From NCBI GenBank assembly GCA_963751345.1, contig CAVVUS010000033.1, forward strand, positions 1 to 64,000: DNA of 64,000 bases. The letters are read 5' to 3'. Position 1 is the stretch's first letter. Each line of letters opens with the position of its first letter. The DNA comes from an uncultured Chloroflexia bacterium (GTDB lineage: Bacteria; Chloroflexota; Anaerolineae; B4-G1; SLSP01). The notes beneath the pieces are model-generated. The model did not search any database and was not told the DNA's origin. It worked only from the letters and a program-made list of their open reading frames with translations. Positions 41,890 through 53,149 of the stretch are shown here, piece after piece. The position numbers and the translations under genes were made by a program.

Positions 41890-42330
41890 GTATAGTGGTG
41901 CGGCCGAGATCGACATCACGCCCTGTGTGGGCACGACCTGACGGGATACGTGGCACGGCTGGGTCCCTCTGTGGGTGTACGCGACCGGCTAAACGCGCGG
42001 GCGCTAGTCATGGACGATGGCACGACGCGGGCGGTGATCGTCGTCTGTGATCTGGTGGGGCTGGACGGGGTGATTAGTGCAGCTGCCCGGCGCCGCGATC
42101 GGTGCGGTGCCTGGGTCCGTCATGGTGGCCTGCACGCACACGCACTTCGGCCCGGCTACGATCATTCTGCATGCGGGTACGATCCCACGGCCTTCGGCGG
42201 GAGGGACCGCGCGTGGTTCCTTCAGGCGCTCAACGCCGGGGGGATCCCGTGCATGGAGGGTTACGTGCCGCTCTATGAGCTGCCCGCGATCCGCGGCGGC
42301 AATCATCTTCGAAGCATTCATCTTTCTTGA
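41890..42330 (+). pseudogene. Chimeric remnant: ceramidase-like N-terminus joined to DegT/DnrJ aminotransferase-like fragment
   Basis: GAAEIDITP..GY.AR..SVGVRDRLNARALV..DL...ACTHTHFGP, then YDPTAFGGRDRAWFLQALNAGGIPCMEGYVPLY. Confidence 0.55.
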
Positions 42331-42341
42331 GGGGGTGTCCG

Positions 42342-43560
42342 GTGGACGCTAGCGGTCGTCGACTGCGGTTGGTGTTGTTCACGACGGTGTACTTTGTCGA
42401 GGGGGCGCTGCTGACCTATTTCTCAGGGTTCAACGCGCTCTACCTGCGGTCCTATGGTGTCTCATACACGCGCATCGGGCTGGTCGGCGGGATCACGCTG
42501 ATACCCTTCGTGCTGAAGATCTTTATCGGGCTCCTGAGCGACCGCGTCAGCCTCTTTGGGATGGGGCGTCGCAAACCCTACATCGTCATCGGGCTGGCGC
42601 TCCAGGCCGTGGCGATCGGGGTGCTCACGTTCGTCTCGCCGGTGGACCAGTTTCCGCTCTACCTCGCGCTGATGGTGCTGACGGCGCTGGGGATGTCGAC
42701 GTACGACACCGCCACCGATGGCTTCTCCATCGACAGCACGGCAGAGGGCGATCGTGGGCTGGTGCAGGGGCTGATGGTGGGCGGCAGGGCGCTGAGCGGG
42801 GTGGTGATGGCGCTCGCGATGGGGCAGTTGTCGCAGCGGGGCCAGTGGTCGGGCATCTTCCTGCTGATGGCCGCCCTGGCCGTCGTCACGGTGCCGCTGG
42901 TGCTGTCGACGAAGGATGCGGGCAGCCGTCGTGCCGCTGCGCAGGCGCCGACACGCGGCGCGTTCCGGGCGTTCCTGGACTGGGGCTTCGTCCTCTTCCT
43001 GGTCCTGGGCATCGTCTATCCGTTCGCGCTCTACAGCACCAACGGCATGGTCAACGTCTTTCTGAACGAGGGCCTGGGCGTCGGGCTGGGACGTGTCGGC
43101 GTCTACACCTCGGTCTTCGGTATCGGGACGCTGCTGGGCGGCGTGGTGGGTGGCCCGCTGATGAAGCGCATCGGCCGTCGCACCAGCGTGATCGCTGCGC
43201 TGCTGATCACGGCGAGCGCAACCCTGGGTCTCGCCATCGGTCCCGTCGGTGGGGCTGGCCTGGGCCGTCGTCGCGCTCTTCGGTATCGCCTTTGGCTACT
43301 ACGAGACCGTCTACTTCGCGGTGGGGATGGAGTTCTGCGACCCGCGGATCGCGGCCTTCACCTTTGCCTTCATCATGGCGGTGGGCAACATCGGCATCGG
43401 GCTCGGCCAGCCCGTCGCGGGCATGTTGGTGGATAGCGTGGGCTTCCGGCCGATGTTCGGCATCTTCGCGGGCGTGCACGTCCTGGCACTGCCCGTGGTG
43501 TGGGGGGTGTTTCGAAGGAAGCGGTCAGCGATCAGCGGTCAGCAGGTAGCTGTCAGCTGA
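42342..43560 (+). CDS. MFS transporter, AmpG-like (frameshift near 43245)
   Basis: YFVEG, PFVLKIFIGLLSDR..GRRKPY, DTATDGFSID, DRGLVQGLM. Confidence 0.82.
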
Positions 43561-43568
43561 TAGCTGTC
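43520..43568. repeat. Heptamer tandem repeat AGC(G/T)GTC-like, 7 units
   Basis: agcggtc agcgatc agcggtc agcaggt agctgtc agctgat agctgtc. Confidence 0.7.
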
Positions 43569-43584
43569 GGTGACCGGTTCGAGA

Positions 43585-43640
43585 AGACCTTTGGGGTTTC
43601 CTGCTCACAGATGCTTCTCGACAGGAAACCCCAAAGGTCT
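43585..43640. repeat. AGACCTTTGGGGTTT palindromic element, copy 2
   Basis: agacctttggggtttcctg ... caggaaaccccaaaggtct. Confidence 0.8.
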
Positions 43641-43662
43641 CTGCGCCAAAGGAGTCCACACT

Positions 43663-44775
43663 ATGCGCATCACATCCGTCGATGTCACGCCGCTGAACCT
43701 CATCCCGCAGGTCGCGCTGACCGTGGCTTACGGCAGCTATTCCGTCTTCGAGTACGCCATGCTGGTCATCCACACCGATGCCGGGGCCGTCGGGCTGGGC
43801 GAGGCGTCGCCCGATCCGGTGGTGACCGGCGAGACACAGGCGGGCGTGGTCTCGGCGCTCGAGGCCATGGGGCGCGTGCTGATCGGACGCGACCCGCTGG
43901 AGCTTACGGTGCTTCTGTCAGAGGCCGAGGCTGCCGCGGCCTCCGCCTCAGCGGAGGTTGGCTTCCCGGCGGCCTTGGCCGCGGTCGATATGGCGCTCTA
44001 CGACCTGGCGGGCAAGGCGCTCGGCGTCCCGGTCTCGACGCTGCTTGGGGGCAGGGTGCGCGACGGGATGCAGCTCTACCCGGTCGTGCCGATGGACACG
44101 CCGGAGGCGATGGCCGCGCTGGCGCAGGGGTTCTCGGCGATGGGAAGCGCCGTGTTGAAGCTCAAGATCGGGTCGCGCGACCTCGATCTCGACGTCGCGC
44201 GGGTGGCGGCGGTTGTGAGGGCCGTGGGCGGCGACACGCGGCTGCGGCTGGACGTCAACCAGGGGTGGGGCGACGCCGCCACCGCGATCGAGGCGATCGG
44301 GCGCCTCTCGAGCTTCAACGTTGAGTACGTCGAGCAGCCGGTGGCGGCGGACGATCTGGCCGGGATGGCACAGGTGGTGGCTGCGGTCGATATACCCATC
44401 ATGGCGGACGAAAGCTGCCACACGGCGGCGGACGCGCTGGCGATCGTGCGCGCGGGCGCCGCCGACCTGCTCAACATCAAGCTGATGAAGTGCGGGGGGA
44501 TCCGGCGCGCGCTCGATATCCTGGCGGTCGCCGAGGCGGCTAGCACCCTTGAGGGCGCGGGCGTCGGCTGCATCCTCGGGTCGATGGTGGAAAGCTCGAT
44601 CGGCAGTGCCGCGGGGATGCATCTTGCCGTGGCGCGGGCCGGTATCGCGTCCTGCGAGCTGATCGGACCGCTCTTCGTCACCGGCGATCCGGCGACGGGT
44701 TACGTCGTCGACCCTGCCACGGGCTGGGCCGAGGCGCCCGATGGGCCGGGGCTGGGGGTGAGGTTGCGGAAGTGA
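43663..44775 (+). CDS. Enolase superfamily MLE-subgroup racemase/epimerase (N-succinyl-amino acid racemase-like)
   Basis: KLK, DVNQGW, EQP, DES, NIKLMKCGG, GSMVES, ELIGPL. Confidence 0.85.
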   Translation: MRITSVDVTPLNLIPQVALTVAYGSYSVFEYAMLVIHTDAGAVGLGEASPDPVVTGETQAGVVSALEAMGRVLIGRDPLELTVLLSEAEAAAASASAEVGFPAALAAVDMALYDLAGKALGVPVSTLLGGRVRDGMQLYPVVPMDTPEAMAALAQGFSAMGSAVLKLKIGSRDLDLDVARVAAVVRAVGGDTRLRLDVNQGWGDAATAIEAIGRLSSFNVEYVEQPVAADDLAGMAQVVAAVDIPIMADESCHTAADALAIVRAGAADLLNIKLMKCGGIRRALDILAVAEAASTLEGAGVGCILGSMVESSIGSAAGMHLAVARAGIASCELIGPLFVTGDPATGYVVDPATGWAEAPDGPGLGVRLRK

Positions 44776-44811
44776 TGCCGGTTGCGGACGTACGCCGCTC
44801 GGCTGTCCCGG

Positions 44812-44871
44812 AGAGCTTTGGGGTTTCCTACTCAACAGGGCGCCTCGTCGACAGGAAAACCCCAAAGGTCT
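44812..44871. repeat. AGACCTTTGGGGTTT palindromic element, copy 3
   Basis: agagctttggggtttcct ... aggaaaaccccaaaggtct. Confidence 0.78.
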
Positions 44872-44900
44872 TCGCCTTGCATCAAGGAGTCTTCATAGAC

Positions 44901-46244
44901 ATGATCGATTGGTCCTCCGTCGCCGACGAGGCGGCGTTGCTGCTGAGCCGGTATGTGCAGATCGACACGACGAATCCGCCGGGGCACGAGCTGCCCGCGG
45001 CGGAGTTTCTGTCCGCGGAGCTGCGGGCGCGCGGCTTCGACCCGGTGGTCTACGAGCCGGCGCCCGGCAGGGCGAACGTGGTGGCGCGGCTTCCGCATAC
45101 CTGTCCCGACGCGGAGGCCCGCGGCGCGATCATCCTGCTGCACCATATGGACGTCGTGACGGCGGATCCGGCGCGCTGGTCGTTCGACCCGTTCGGCGGC
45201 GAGGTGCGCGACGGCTACGTCTGGGGCCGTGGGACGATCGATATGAAGGGTATGGGGATCATGGCCCTGCTGGCGCTCGATCTGCTCCGGCGCGACGACG
45301 GGCCGCGCACCCGTGCGCCGCGCACGCGTGATCTGATCTACCTGGCGGTCGCTGACGAGGAGGTGGCGAGCGTGCCCGGCGTGCGGTGGCTGCTCGACCA
45401 GCACGCGGCGGAGCTCGAGGCCGAGTTCGTCTGGGACGAGGGTGGCTTCGGGCTGCGCGACTTCTTCGGGCCGGGCACCGTCTTCACGGTGGCTGTGGCG
45501 GAGAAGCAGGCGCTGTGGCTGAGGGTGGTCGCCGAGGGCGAGCCGGGTCACGGTGGCATGCCGCACGCGGAGAACGCCAACGACATTCTCGTCAGCGCGC
45601 TTTCGCGTATTCACAACCACGAGCCCGAGATCCGTCTCCACGATGTCACGCGCAGGATGTTCAGCACCATCGCCGGCTCGTTGCCGTTTCCCAAGTCGTG
45701 GGTGCTGGCACACCTGGACAACCCGCTGGCCCGGGCAGTCGCTGCGAAGGGACTGACGGCAGCGCCGGCTATCGCCGCGATTCTCCAGAACACGGTGAGC
45801 GTGACCGGACTGCACGCGGGGAGCAAGGCGAACGTCATCCCGGAACAGGCCGAGGCGGTGCTGGACGCGCGACTGCTGCCCGGTGAGTCGCCGGACGCGT
45901 TTGTCGCCGAGCTGCAGCGGATCATCGCTGACGCCCGCGTGCACATCGAGGTCGTGCAGTACCCCTCGCCCAACAGCGTCTCGGACTACGACAGTATCTT
46001 CTTCCGGACGCTCGCGGAGGTCGCGGGCCGGCTGGTGCCGGGCAGCCTGACGGTGCCGCTGTTGACGCCGGGCGCCACGGACTCGGCCTATTTCCGCCAG
46101 CGGGGCTACAGCACCTACGGGCTGTTCCCCGCTATCCTGAAGGCTGACGAGCTGGCGGGGTTCCACGGGATCGACGAGCGGATCTCGATTGAGAACCTGG
46201 GGTTGGGCACGCGGATGATGTTCGAGGTGCTGAAGAGCTTCTGA
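44901..46244 (+). CDS. M20 family metallo-amidohydrolase (aminoacylase/desuccinylase-like)
   Basis: IDTTNPPGHE, HHMDVV, GRGTIDMKG, ADEE, DEGG, GHGG, NVIP, GATDS, HGIDERI. Confidence 0.9.
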   Translation: MIDWSSVADEAALLLSRYVQIDTTNPPGHELPAAEFLSAELRARGFDPVVYEPAPGRANVVARLPHTCPDAEARGAIILLHHMDVVTADPARWSFDPFGGEVRDGYVWGRGTIDMKGMGIMALLALDLLRRDDGPRTRAPRTRDLIYLAVADEEVASVPGVRWLLDQHAAELEAEFVWDEGGFGLRDFFGPGTVFTVAVAEKQALWLRVVAEGEPGHGGMPHAENANDILVSALSRIHNHEPEIRLHDVTRRMFSTIAGSLPFPKSWVLAHLDNPLARAVAAKGLTAAPAIAAILQNTVSVTGLHAGSKANVIPEQAEAVLDARLLPGESPDAFVAELQRIIADARVHIEVVQYPSPNSVSDYDSIFFRTLAEVAGRLVPGSLTVPLLTPGATDSAYFRQRGYSTYGLFPAILKADELAGFHGIDERISIENLGLGTRMMFEVLKSF

Positions 46245-46337
46245 GCGGCCAAATCCGTGGTTCAGACAGCTTGACCGCTTGCGCGTGTTGCCGTCCGACA
46301 TATAGCGTGCGTGTTCAACGCACAAAGGGAGGAAGCG

Positions 46338-47252
46338 ATGAGCCGTCGACGTCTGCGTGGGTTGGGATGGGTGGCGCTGTTGGTCCTATGTGCCTTGGCA
46401 TGTCATCTACCGAATGCCTCGACGCCGGCCTCGCCGGGAGCGAAGCCGCCCGCGACCCTGGCGAGCTCGATCGGGGGGAAGCCAACGCCTCCGCCGCCGC
46501 AGGCGGCTGCCACCGTCGCGCCCACCGATGAGCCTCCGGCCGCAGCCGGGCCCTGCCCACAGGGCAACGCGGCCCGGGCCGGCGCCGTCGTGCTCTGCTA
46601 CGATCCCGCGGTGGCCTCGAATGTGAACGGCTCCGTACTCCCTGCCGCGCAGGAGGACGTGCTCTTCGGCGACATCTGGGCGATGCCGGAGCGGGTGCGC
46701 TTCGAGATGCAGGGGTATCCCTCAGGCGTGAGCAATGCGCAGCCGTACATCGTCGTGTACCCGACCGACGGACTCGAGGCCGCCAGCCCCACTGCAGCGG
46801 AGATCCTCGACCAGATCCGGCTGATCCTCGACACCAAGCCGGCGCCGAGCACGATTGATAGCATCCCCATCCTCCCGCCCGTAAACGCAGCTCAGGTCTA
46901 TCGTGCCCGTGTCGGCTACCTGGAGGGGGGCAACGCGCGGGGCATCCACTTCCTGACGCAATACGCGCAGGACGTCACGCCCGTGGTGAACGAGGCACTG
47001 ACCTACGTCTACGAGGGCTTTATCGGCGATGGCAGCCACTTCGTCTTCGCGTGGCTGCCGGTCTCGCACCCCACACTGCGCGATCACTGGTCGGACTACA
47101 GCAACGAGGAACTCGCGCCGCTCTACGACGATTACGACGCCTATCTCTATGAGGCGCTTGCCAACCTGGAGATGCAGCCCGCGGCGAGCTTCACGCCGGA
47201 CCTGGATCTGCTGAAGGCGATGCTCGAGTCGATACAGGAGGCGAGCGACTGA
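46338..47252 (+). CDS. Lipoprotein of unknown function
   Basis: Lipobox ALAC, P/A/T-rich linker, globular domain (LPPVNAAQV..GIHFLTQYAQ..FTPDL). Confidence 0.75.
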   Translation: MSRRRLRGLGWVALLVLCALACHLPNASTPASPGAKPPATLASSIGGKPTPPPPQAAATVAPTDEPPAAAGPCPQGNAARAGAVVLCYDPAVASNVNGSVLPAAQEDVLFGDIWAMPERVRFEMQGYPSGVSNAQPYIVVYPTDGLEAASPTAAEILDQIRLILDTKPAPSTIDSIPILPPVNAAQVYRARVGYLEGGNARGIHFLTQYAQDVTPVVNEALTYVYEGFIGDGSHFVFAWLPVSHPTLRDHWSDYSNEELAPLYDDYDAYLYEALANLEMQPAASFTPDLDLLKAMLESIQEASD

Positions 47253-47270
47253 GGGCGGACCGTGCTTGCC

Positions 47271-47835
47271 CTATGCCTGCGTGGCCTCCGGGCGATAGCA
47301 CAGCAGGACATTCCCGTTGCCGAACGTCCTCGTTCTGACAAGGTGGAGACGCAGCCTCTCATCCGGGCCTGAAGAGCGGCGTGCCGGCACCCAGGATCAC
47401 CGGGTTGAGCATCACGCGATGCTCATCGACCAGGTCAAGGCGCATCAACGTGGCCATGAAATTGGCGCTGCCGAAAACGGCCAGGGCTTTCCCGGACTGC
47501 TGCTTCAGCCTCGCGACTTCGTCACCCACGTGGTCCTTGACGAGGCGTGCGTTCTGCCACTCCAGCTTGTCCAATGTCGTCGAGGCGACGACTTTGGGTA
47601 TGCGGTTCATCAGGTCGGCGACCACCGGGTCATCCCCGATCGCGGCTGGGGTGGGCCAATAACTTGCCATGAGCTCGTAGGTCACGCGTCCGAAGAGCAG
47701 CGTGCCTATCTCGTGGAGTTGGGCGATGGCGAACTCGTTGAACTCGTCGTCCACGCTGTGCCAACTGATATCCTGTCCCGGCCCCTCGAAGTAGCCATCG
47801 AGGGTCATCATGTTGAATGTGAAGAGCTGTCGCAT
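47271..47835 (-). CDS. Dihydrofolate reductase-like (RibD C-terminal) protein; frameshift near 47365
   Basis: MTLDGYFEGP, LLFGRVTYE, PKVVAS, FGS, DLVDE..PVILGAGTPLF, then RTFGNGNVLLCY in another frame. Confidence 0.85.
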
Positions 47836-48027
47836 CCCGATCCTCCTGTGCGTCGATTTCAGCGTATACGGATCAGATGCGCCATCCCGGAACGATCATA
47901 CCCGTGTTGATTCTGCGCCGACCTGTCGTATAACCGTGCTGGGCACCGTACGTGTAGGGTTGCCCTGTTCCGGTGTCGGCGCGCCGTCAGGCGCCGCCTA
48001 CGTCTATGCTTTACAGGAGGTGTCCAC

Positions 48028-50926
48028 ATGCCCGATGGTGCATCGTTCTACACGGTACGACTCCTGGACCCCAAAGCCGTCTACCTCGACTCCGGGGCGT
48101 TTCCCGTCCACGGGGACGGCATCCTGGACGACACCGTGGCGCTCCAGCACGCGATCAACGCGGCGCAGGAGGCCACGGGCTTCGGGATCGTCTTCGTGCC
48201 CGAGGGCCGTTACCGGCTCACCCACACGCTGCACGTCTGGGCGGGGATCCGCCTGATCGGGTTCGGCGCCCGCCGCCCGGTCTTCGTCCTCGGCCCGAAC
48301 ACGCCCGGCTACCAGGAGGGAGATGGGCGGTATATGATCCACTTCACGAGCGGGCGTCCCCAGGAGGGACAGCCGATTCGCGACGCCAACCCCGGCACCT
48401 TCTACAGCGCCCTGAGCAACATCGACATCGAGATCGGTGAGGGGAACCCCGCCGCGGTTGGGGTACGGTCGCACTGGGCACAGCACTGCTATCTGGCCCA
48501 CGTCGACTTCCGCATCGGGTCTGGGCGGGCGGGGATCGACGAGGTGGGCAATGAGATCGACGATTGCCGCTTCTACGGCGGCGACTACGGCATCATCACC
48601 ACCAAGCCGTCGCCGAGTTGGCCCTTTCTGATGATCGATTCGTCCTTCGAGGGGCAGCGGGTGGCGGCGATCCGCACCGAGGAGGGCGGGTTGACACTGG
48701 TGCGTACCCTGTTCGCGCACGTGCCGACCGCGATCTCGGTGAACCTCGACCGCGCCGAGGAGCTCGTCATCACCGACTCGCGCTTCGAGGATATCAGCGG
48801 CCCCGCGCTGGTCATCAGCGATGAGGGCAGCGCCCGCACGCAGGTGAACCTCGAGAACGTGGTCTGCGCCGGTGTGCCGGTGCTCGCGTCGTTCCGCCGG
48901 GGCGGAAACACGTTCGCGGGGATCGGGCCGCTCTACCGCGTCAGGTCGTTCTCCCACGGGCTGCAGATCACGGATCTGGGCGCGGTGCCCGAGGTGCGGA
49001 CGACGGTCGACCTCGAACTGCTCGACGCGCTGCCGCCTGCGGTGCCTTCGGACGTGCCGGACCTGCCCCCGTGTGAGACGTGGGTCAACGTGCGGCAGCT
49101 TGGCGCGGCGGGCGACGGGGTCACCGACGACACGCAGGTGCTGAGGGATGCCGTCGCGCAGCACCGGGCGATCTATCTGCCGACCGGGCGCTACAGGGTC
49201 ACCGACACCATCACGCTGCGGCCCGACACGGTGTTGATCGGGCTGAGCCCCATCGCGACGCAGATCGTCGTGCTCGACGACACGCCCGCGTTCCAGGGCG
49301 CGGTAGCAGAGCGCGAGCCGCCGGAGGCGCCGCCGTGGTTGGCGGCGATGATGGCGCGCGCCGGAAGGCGGGAGAGGGCGGGCCCCCGCGGCTGCCTCGC
49401 TGGCTGATGGGCCCGCCCCCCGCGATCGAGGGGCCGCCCAAGCCGCTGCTGGAGGCGCCGCAAGGGGGGACCAACATGGTCACCGGGATCGGGCTCGACC
49501 CTGGCGGTACCAACGGGTGCGCCGTCGCCGCCAAATGGATGGCGGGGAGCGCTCGATGATGAATGACGTGCGCTTCATGGGCGGGCACGGGATGTTCGGG
49601 CCGGACGGGTCACGGGTTCAGCCCTACAATGACAATCGCACGGCCGATGCTAACCCCGACCACGTCTGGGACTCGCAGTATTGGAGTCTCTGGATCACGG
49701 ACGGGGGCGGCGGGACCTTCAAGGACATCTGGACGCCGAGCCCCACGGCGGCCGCGGGGGTCTACATCTCGGACACCGAGACGCCGGGCCGGATCTATGC
49801 GATGTCGGTGGAGCACCATGTGCGCAACGAGGTGATCCTGCGGAACGTGGCGAACTGGCGGATCTTTGCGCTGCAGTTGGAGGAGGAGAGCGGCGAGGGG
49901 CCGCACGCGCTGCCGGTGGCGCTCGACCGGTGCCGCAACCTGCGTTCGCCAACCTCTATCTCTACCGCGTGATCCGGATGGTGGGGCCCTCGCCCTACGG
50001 TGTGCGGATGACGGCTGCCGCGACATGAGGTTCCGCGGGGTGCACGCCTACAGCCCGACCAAGTTCTCATTCGACGCCACGGTCTCGACACGACGACGGG
50101 CGTGAGGTGCGGTCGAGCGAGATCGCCCGGCTGACCGTGACGGGTGGGCGACCCCGCGGTCCACGCTGGGGGACGTCCACGTGTGGAGAGGGTCGCGGGC
50201 GGGTTCGAGTTCATCGACGGGGCGACGGTCGATGCCGCGGGGAACGTCTATTTCGTCGACGGGCGGTGGCACCGGATCTACCGCTGGCCCGCGGACGGGG
50301 GCGCGGTCGAGCTGGTGAGCGACATCCCCATCGCGCCGGTGAGCCTGGCGGCAGACCGGTCGGGACGGCTGCTGGTCGTGACGCGAACGGGGACGGTGCT
50401 CTCGCTCGACCCGGACGGGCGACCCGAGGAACTGCAGATCGTGCAGGAGGTGCCGGCGGTCGACCGGCCCGGGGCGGTGGCGATGCTGCCGGGACATCGG
50501 TGGCGCGATGCGCACGACTTCCTGGCGGTGAGCCAGGCGCCGGTCGAGACGCAGGTCGTCTCCCCGGACGGGTCGATCTTCATTCCCAAGAGCCCGGATC
50601 TGGTGCGGGCGTTCTCGCTGCGCCCCGCCGTCGTGGGGCAGCCGTTCTACCTCGCCGACGAGTTCGGGCAGAAGACGTGGCGGTTCAAGGCGCACGCCGA
50701 CGGGTGGCTCTCCGATCCTGAACTCTTCGCCGAAGAGGGGGAGCTTGGGGTTGCCGTTGACGCGGCGGGGAACGTCTACGTGGCGGCGGGCGCGATCTTC
50801 GTCTATGACCCGAGCGGCAAGCAGATCGAGCGGATCGAGGTGCCCGAGCGCCCGGCGTGCCTCGTCTTCGGCGGGGGGGACCGTCGGACGCTGTACATCA
50901 CCGCGCGGAGCGGACTGTACGGGTGA
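48028..50926 (+). CDS. Pectate_lyase_3/GH28-related beta-helix fused to SMP-30/gluconolactonase domain (multiple frameshifts)
   Basis: Two GDGxxDDT..LQ..I/PxGRYR motifs; SVEHH; C-terminal propeller (VDAAGNVYF, IEVPERPACLVFGGGDRRTLYITAR). Confidence 0.75.
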
Positions 50927-51109
50927 CGATGTTGAAGGGGCCAGGAGGTGAGAGTGACGGATACCGAGGGGATTCGAGGCACAAAGCGCCTGTCCGAGGG
51001 AGACGGCTAGCGTGCGGGGCCGGTGGGGCAAAGTGCCAGGCGCCCCGCCTCGGGAGGCGGGAAGTGCCAGGCGCTGAGAAGCCGCGAAGGCACCGAGAGA
51101 AGGAGTGCT

Positions 51110-52276
51110 ATGAAGATTCAGTTCATTGAAGTCTATCTGATCGACCTGGGGCACCGGAACGTGCCTTACGTCCGCGTGCTGACCGACGAGGGCGTGCACG
51201 GAGTGGGGGAGGCATATAGCATCGGGCCCGACCGTGCGACGGTCGCCGCGATCGAGGACCTGGCCGGGTGGCTGATCGGCCGCGACCCCCTGGCGATCGA
51301 GGGACTGTGGCAGTTGATGTACGCCGGGTCGCGTTTCCCCGGTGGGTCAATTCTCAACGCCGCCATCAGCGGGATCGAGCACGCGCTGTGGGACATCAAG
51401 GGGAAGGTGCTTGGGGTGCCCGTCTACGAGTTGATCGGCGGCAGGTGCCGCGACAGGGTGCGGGTCTACCAGTCGGCGGGCGGCGACACACCGGAGGCAC
51501 TGGCCGAGAGCGCGCAGCGACTGGTGCGCACCTACGGCTATACGGCGCTGAAGATGTTTCCCTTCGACCGGCGGGACGAGCCGCTCTGGCACGATATGGG
51601 GCTCGCGAAGGCGATGCGCGGTGCAGAGGCGCGGATCCGGGCGGTGCGTGAGGCGGTAGGCGACGACGTCGACATCGGGCTCGACGCCCACGCGCAGATC
51701 TTCCAGCCGTCGACGGCGCTGACGCTCTGCCAGGTGCTGCAGCCTTTCCATCCGCTCTTTCTGGAGGAGCCGCTGCGCCCCGAGAACCGTGAGGCGCTGG
51801 GGCATCTGCGCTCCGAGTCGCCCATCCCGATCGCGACCGGCGAGATGCTCTACACCAAGTACGAGTTCCGCGACCTGTTGGCCAACGCTGCTGCGGATAT
51901 CGTGCAACCGGATGTGTGTCTGATGGGCGGCCTCTGGGAGATGAAGAAGGTCGCGGCGATGGCGGAGGCGGCGTACGTGACCGTGGCGCCGCACAACCCC
52001 TGCGGGCCGGTCGCGACCGCGGTGAACACTCACTTCGCGCTGAGCACGCACAACTTCCTGATCCTGGAGTATCACCCGGATGACGACCCGGAACGCGCCG
52101 CGATTGTCGACGAACCGATGCGGCTCGTCGACGGTTACCTGGAGGCGCCCACGCGGCCCGGGCTGGGGCTCGACCTGAACGTGGATGTGCTCAAGGAGAA
52201 GGTGGCGGCGGAGGGGTACAAGTCGTGGCACCGGCGGTTCCTGTGGCGTATAGATGGCGGATTGGGGTATCAGTAG
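51110..52276 (+). CDS. Galactonate dehydratase-like (mandelate racemase subgroup)
   Basis: AISGIEHALWDIKGK, GGRCRDRVRVY, KMFP, DAH, EEP, ATGE, QPD, APHNP, ILE. Confidence 0.85.
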   Translation: MKIQFIEVYLIDLGHRNVPYVRVLTDEGVHGVGEAYSIGPDRATVAAIEDLAGWLIGRDPLAIEGLWQLMYAGSRFPGGSILNAAISGIEHALWDIKGKVLGVPVYELIGGRCRDRVRVYQSAGGDTPEALAESAQRLVRTYGYTALKMFPFDRRDEPLWHDMGLAKAMRGAEARIRAVREAVGDDVDIGLDAHAQIFQPSTALTLCQVLQPFHPLFLEEPLRPENREALGHLRSESPIPIATGEMLYTKYEFRDLLANAAADIVQPDVCLMGGLWEMKKVAAMAEAAYVTVAPHNPCGPVATAVNTHFALSTHNFLILEYHPDDDPERAAIVDEPMRLVDGYLEAPTRPGLGLDLNVDVLKEKVAAEGYKSWHRRFLWRIDGGLGYQ

Positions 52277-52311
52277 AGATTGGTCCAGTCTTCCGAAGAT
52301 TGGACCAATCT
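52277..52311. repeat. AGATTGG(A/T)CCAATCT palindromic dimer, copy 1
   Basis: agattggtccagtcttccgaagattggaccaatct immediately after the stop codon. Confidence 0.75.
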
Positions 52312-52335
52312 TCGATCGCAGGTTAGAATGATGCT

Positions 52336-53121
52336 ATGAACAATGCCACGGATGCCTCGGTTCGCTCCACGCCGGTGCCGGCTGCCCCGCGACGTCCCAA
52401 GGGCCTGCGCTTACTGTGGCAGCGCCTGATCCTGCGACGGCAGGCGCGGCGGGATTACGAAAACGCCCGCGGGACCCTCCACGTCGAGATGCTGCGCAAG
52501 GCGCAGGCGCGGCTGGATGTGGCTTCGAGCAAGTGGCAGGCAGAGCTGCAGGCCGTGGAGCGGGAGCGGGCGGCGCTTCAGGCGCAGTGCGACGAGGAGC
52601 TGGTGCGGCTTCTGTCGCGCTACCTGGTGCTGACGCGCCTCGACGAGGTGCGCGGTATGGCGCCGAAGACCAAGGCCGACATCATCCGGGACGTCTTTGA
52701 CGACCACCTGGAGGATCTGCGCAGTGCCCAGTGGGTGGCGGGCGTCTCCGAAGGATGCCAACGCGCGATCAACGACTGGATTCTCCACTACCGGCGGCAG
52801 TTTCCCGCGCTGCTCGAGGAGGACTTTCCGGGCCGGCGGCAGGTCATGGGCCGCTACGAGGCACGCCTCGAGCGCTTCGATGTCCGGCTCCGGGTCCTTC
52901 GCGCGCGGGTGGATGACCTCGTTGCGCTGCGCGAGCGTGTCGGGCAGGCGTTGGCGCGGCTGTGGCCCGTGACGGTGCAGGATTTCGTCACGGCGGCACG
53001 CGATCCGACCGATGCCACGGCCTACACGGCGGTGCAGGGGTACCTGCGGGGCGTCTTCGCCGAGTGGGAGCCGATGCCTGAATGGTTCCGCCGGGCGTGC
53101 ACGGTGGCGGAAGACGAGTAA
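52336..53121 (+). CDS. Hypothetical coiled-coil protein with possible helix-hairpin-helix motifs
   Basis: Long helical ORF; LDEVRGMAPKT and VAGVSEG resemble HhH. Confidence 0.55.
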   Translation: MNNATDASVRSTPVPAAPRRPKGLRLLWQRLILRRQARRDYENARGTLHVEMLRKAQARLDVASSKWQAELQAVERERAALQAQCDEELVRLLSRYLVLTRLDEVRGMAPKTKADIIRDVFDDHLEDLRSAQWVAGVSEGCQRAINDWILHYRRQFPALLEEDFPGRRQVMGRYEARLERFDVRLRVLRARVDDLVALRERVGQALARLWPVTVQDFVTAARDPTDATAYTAVQGYLRGVFAEWEPMPEWFRRACTVAEDE

Positions 53122-53149
53122 CGGGTGACGATGGACGAAAAGGGGTACT

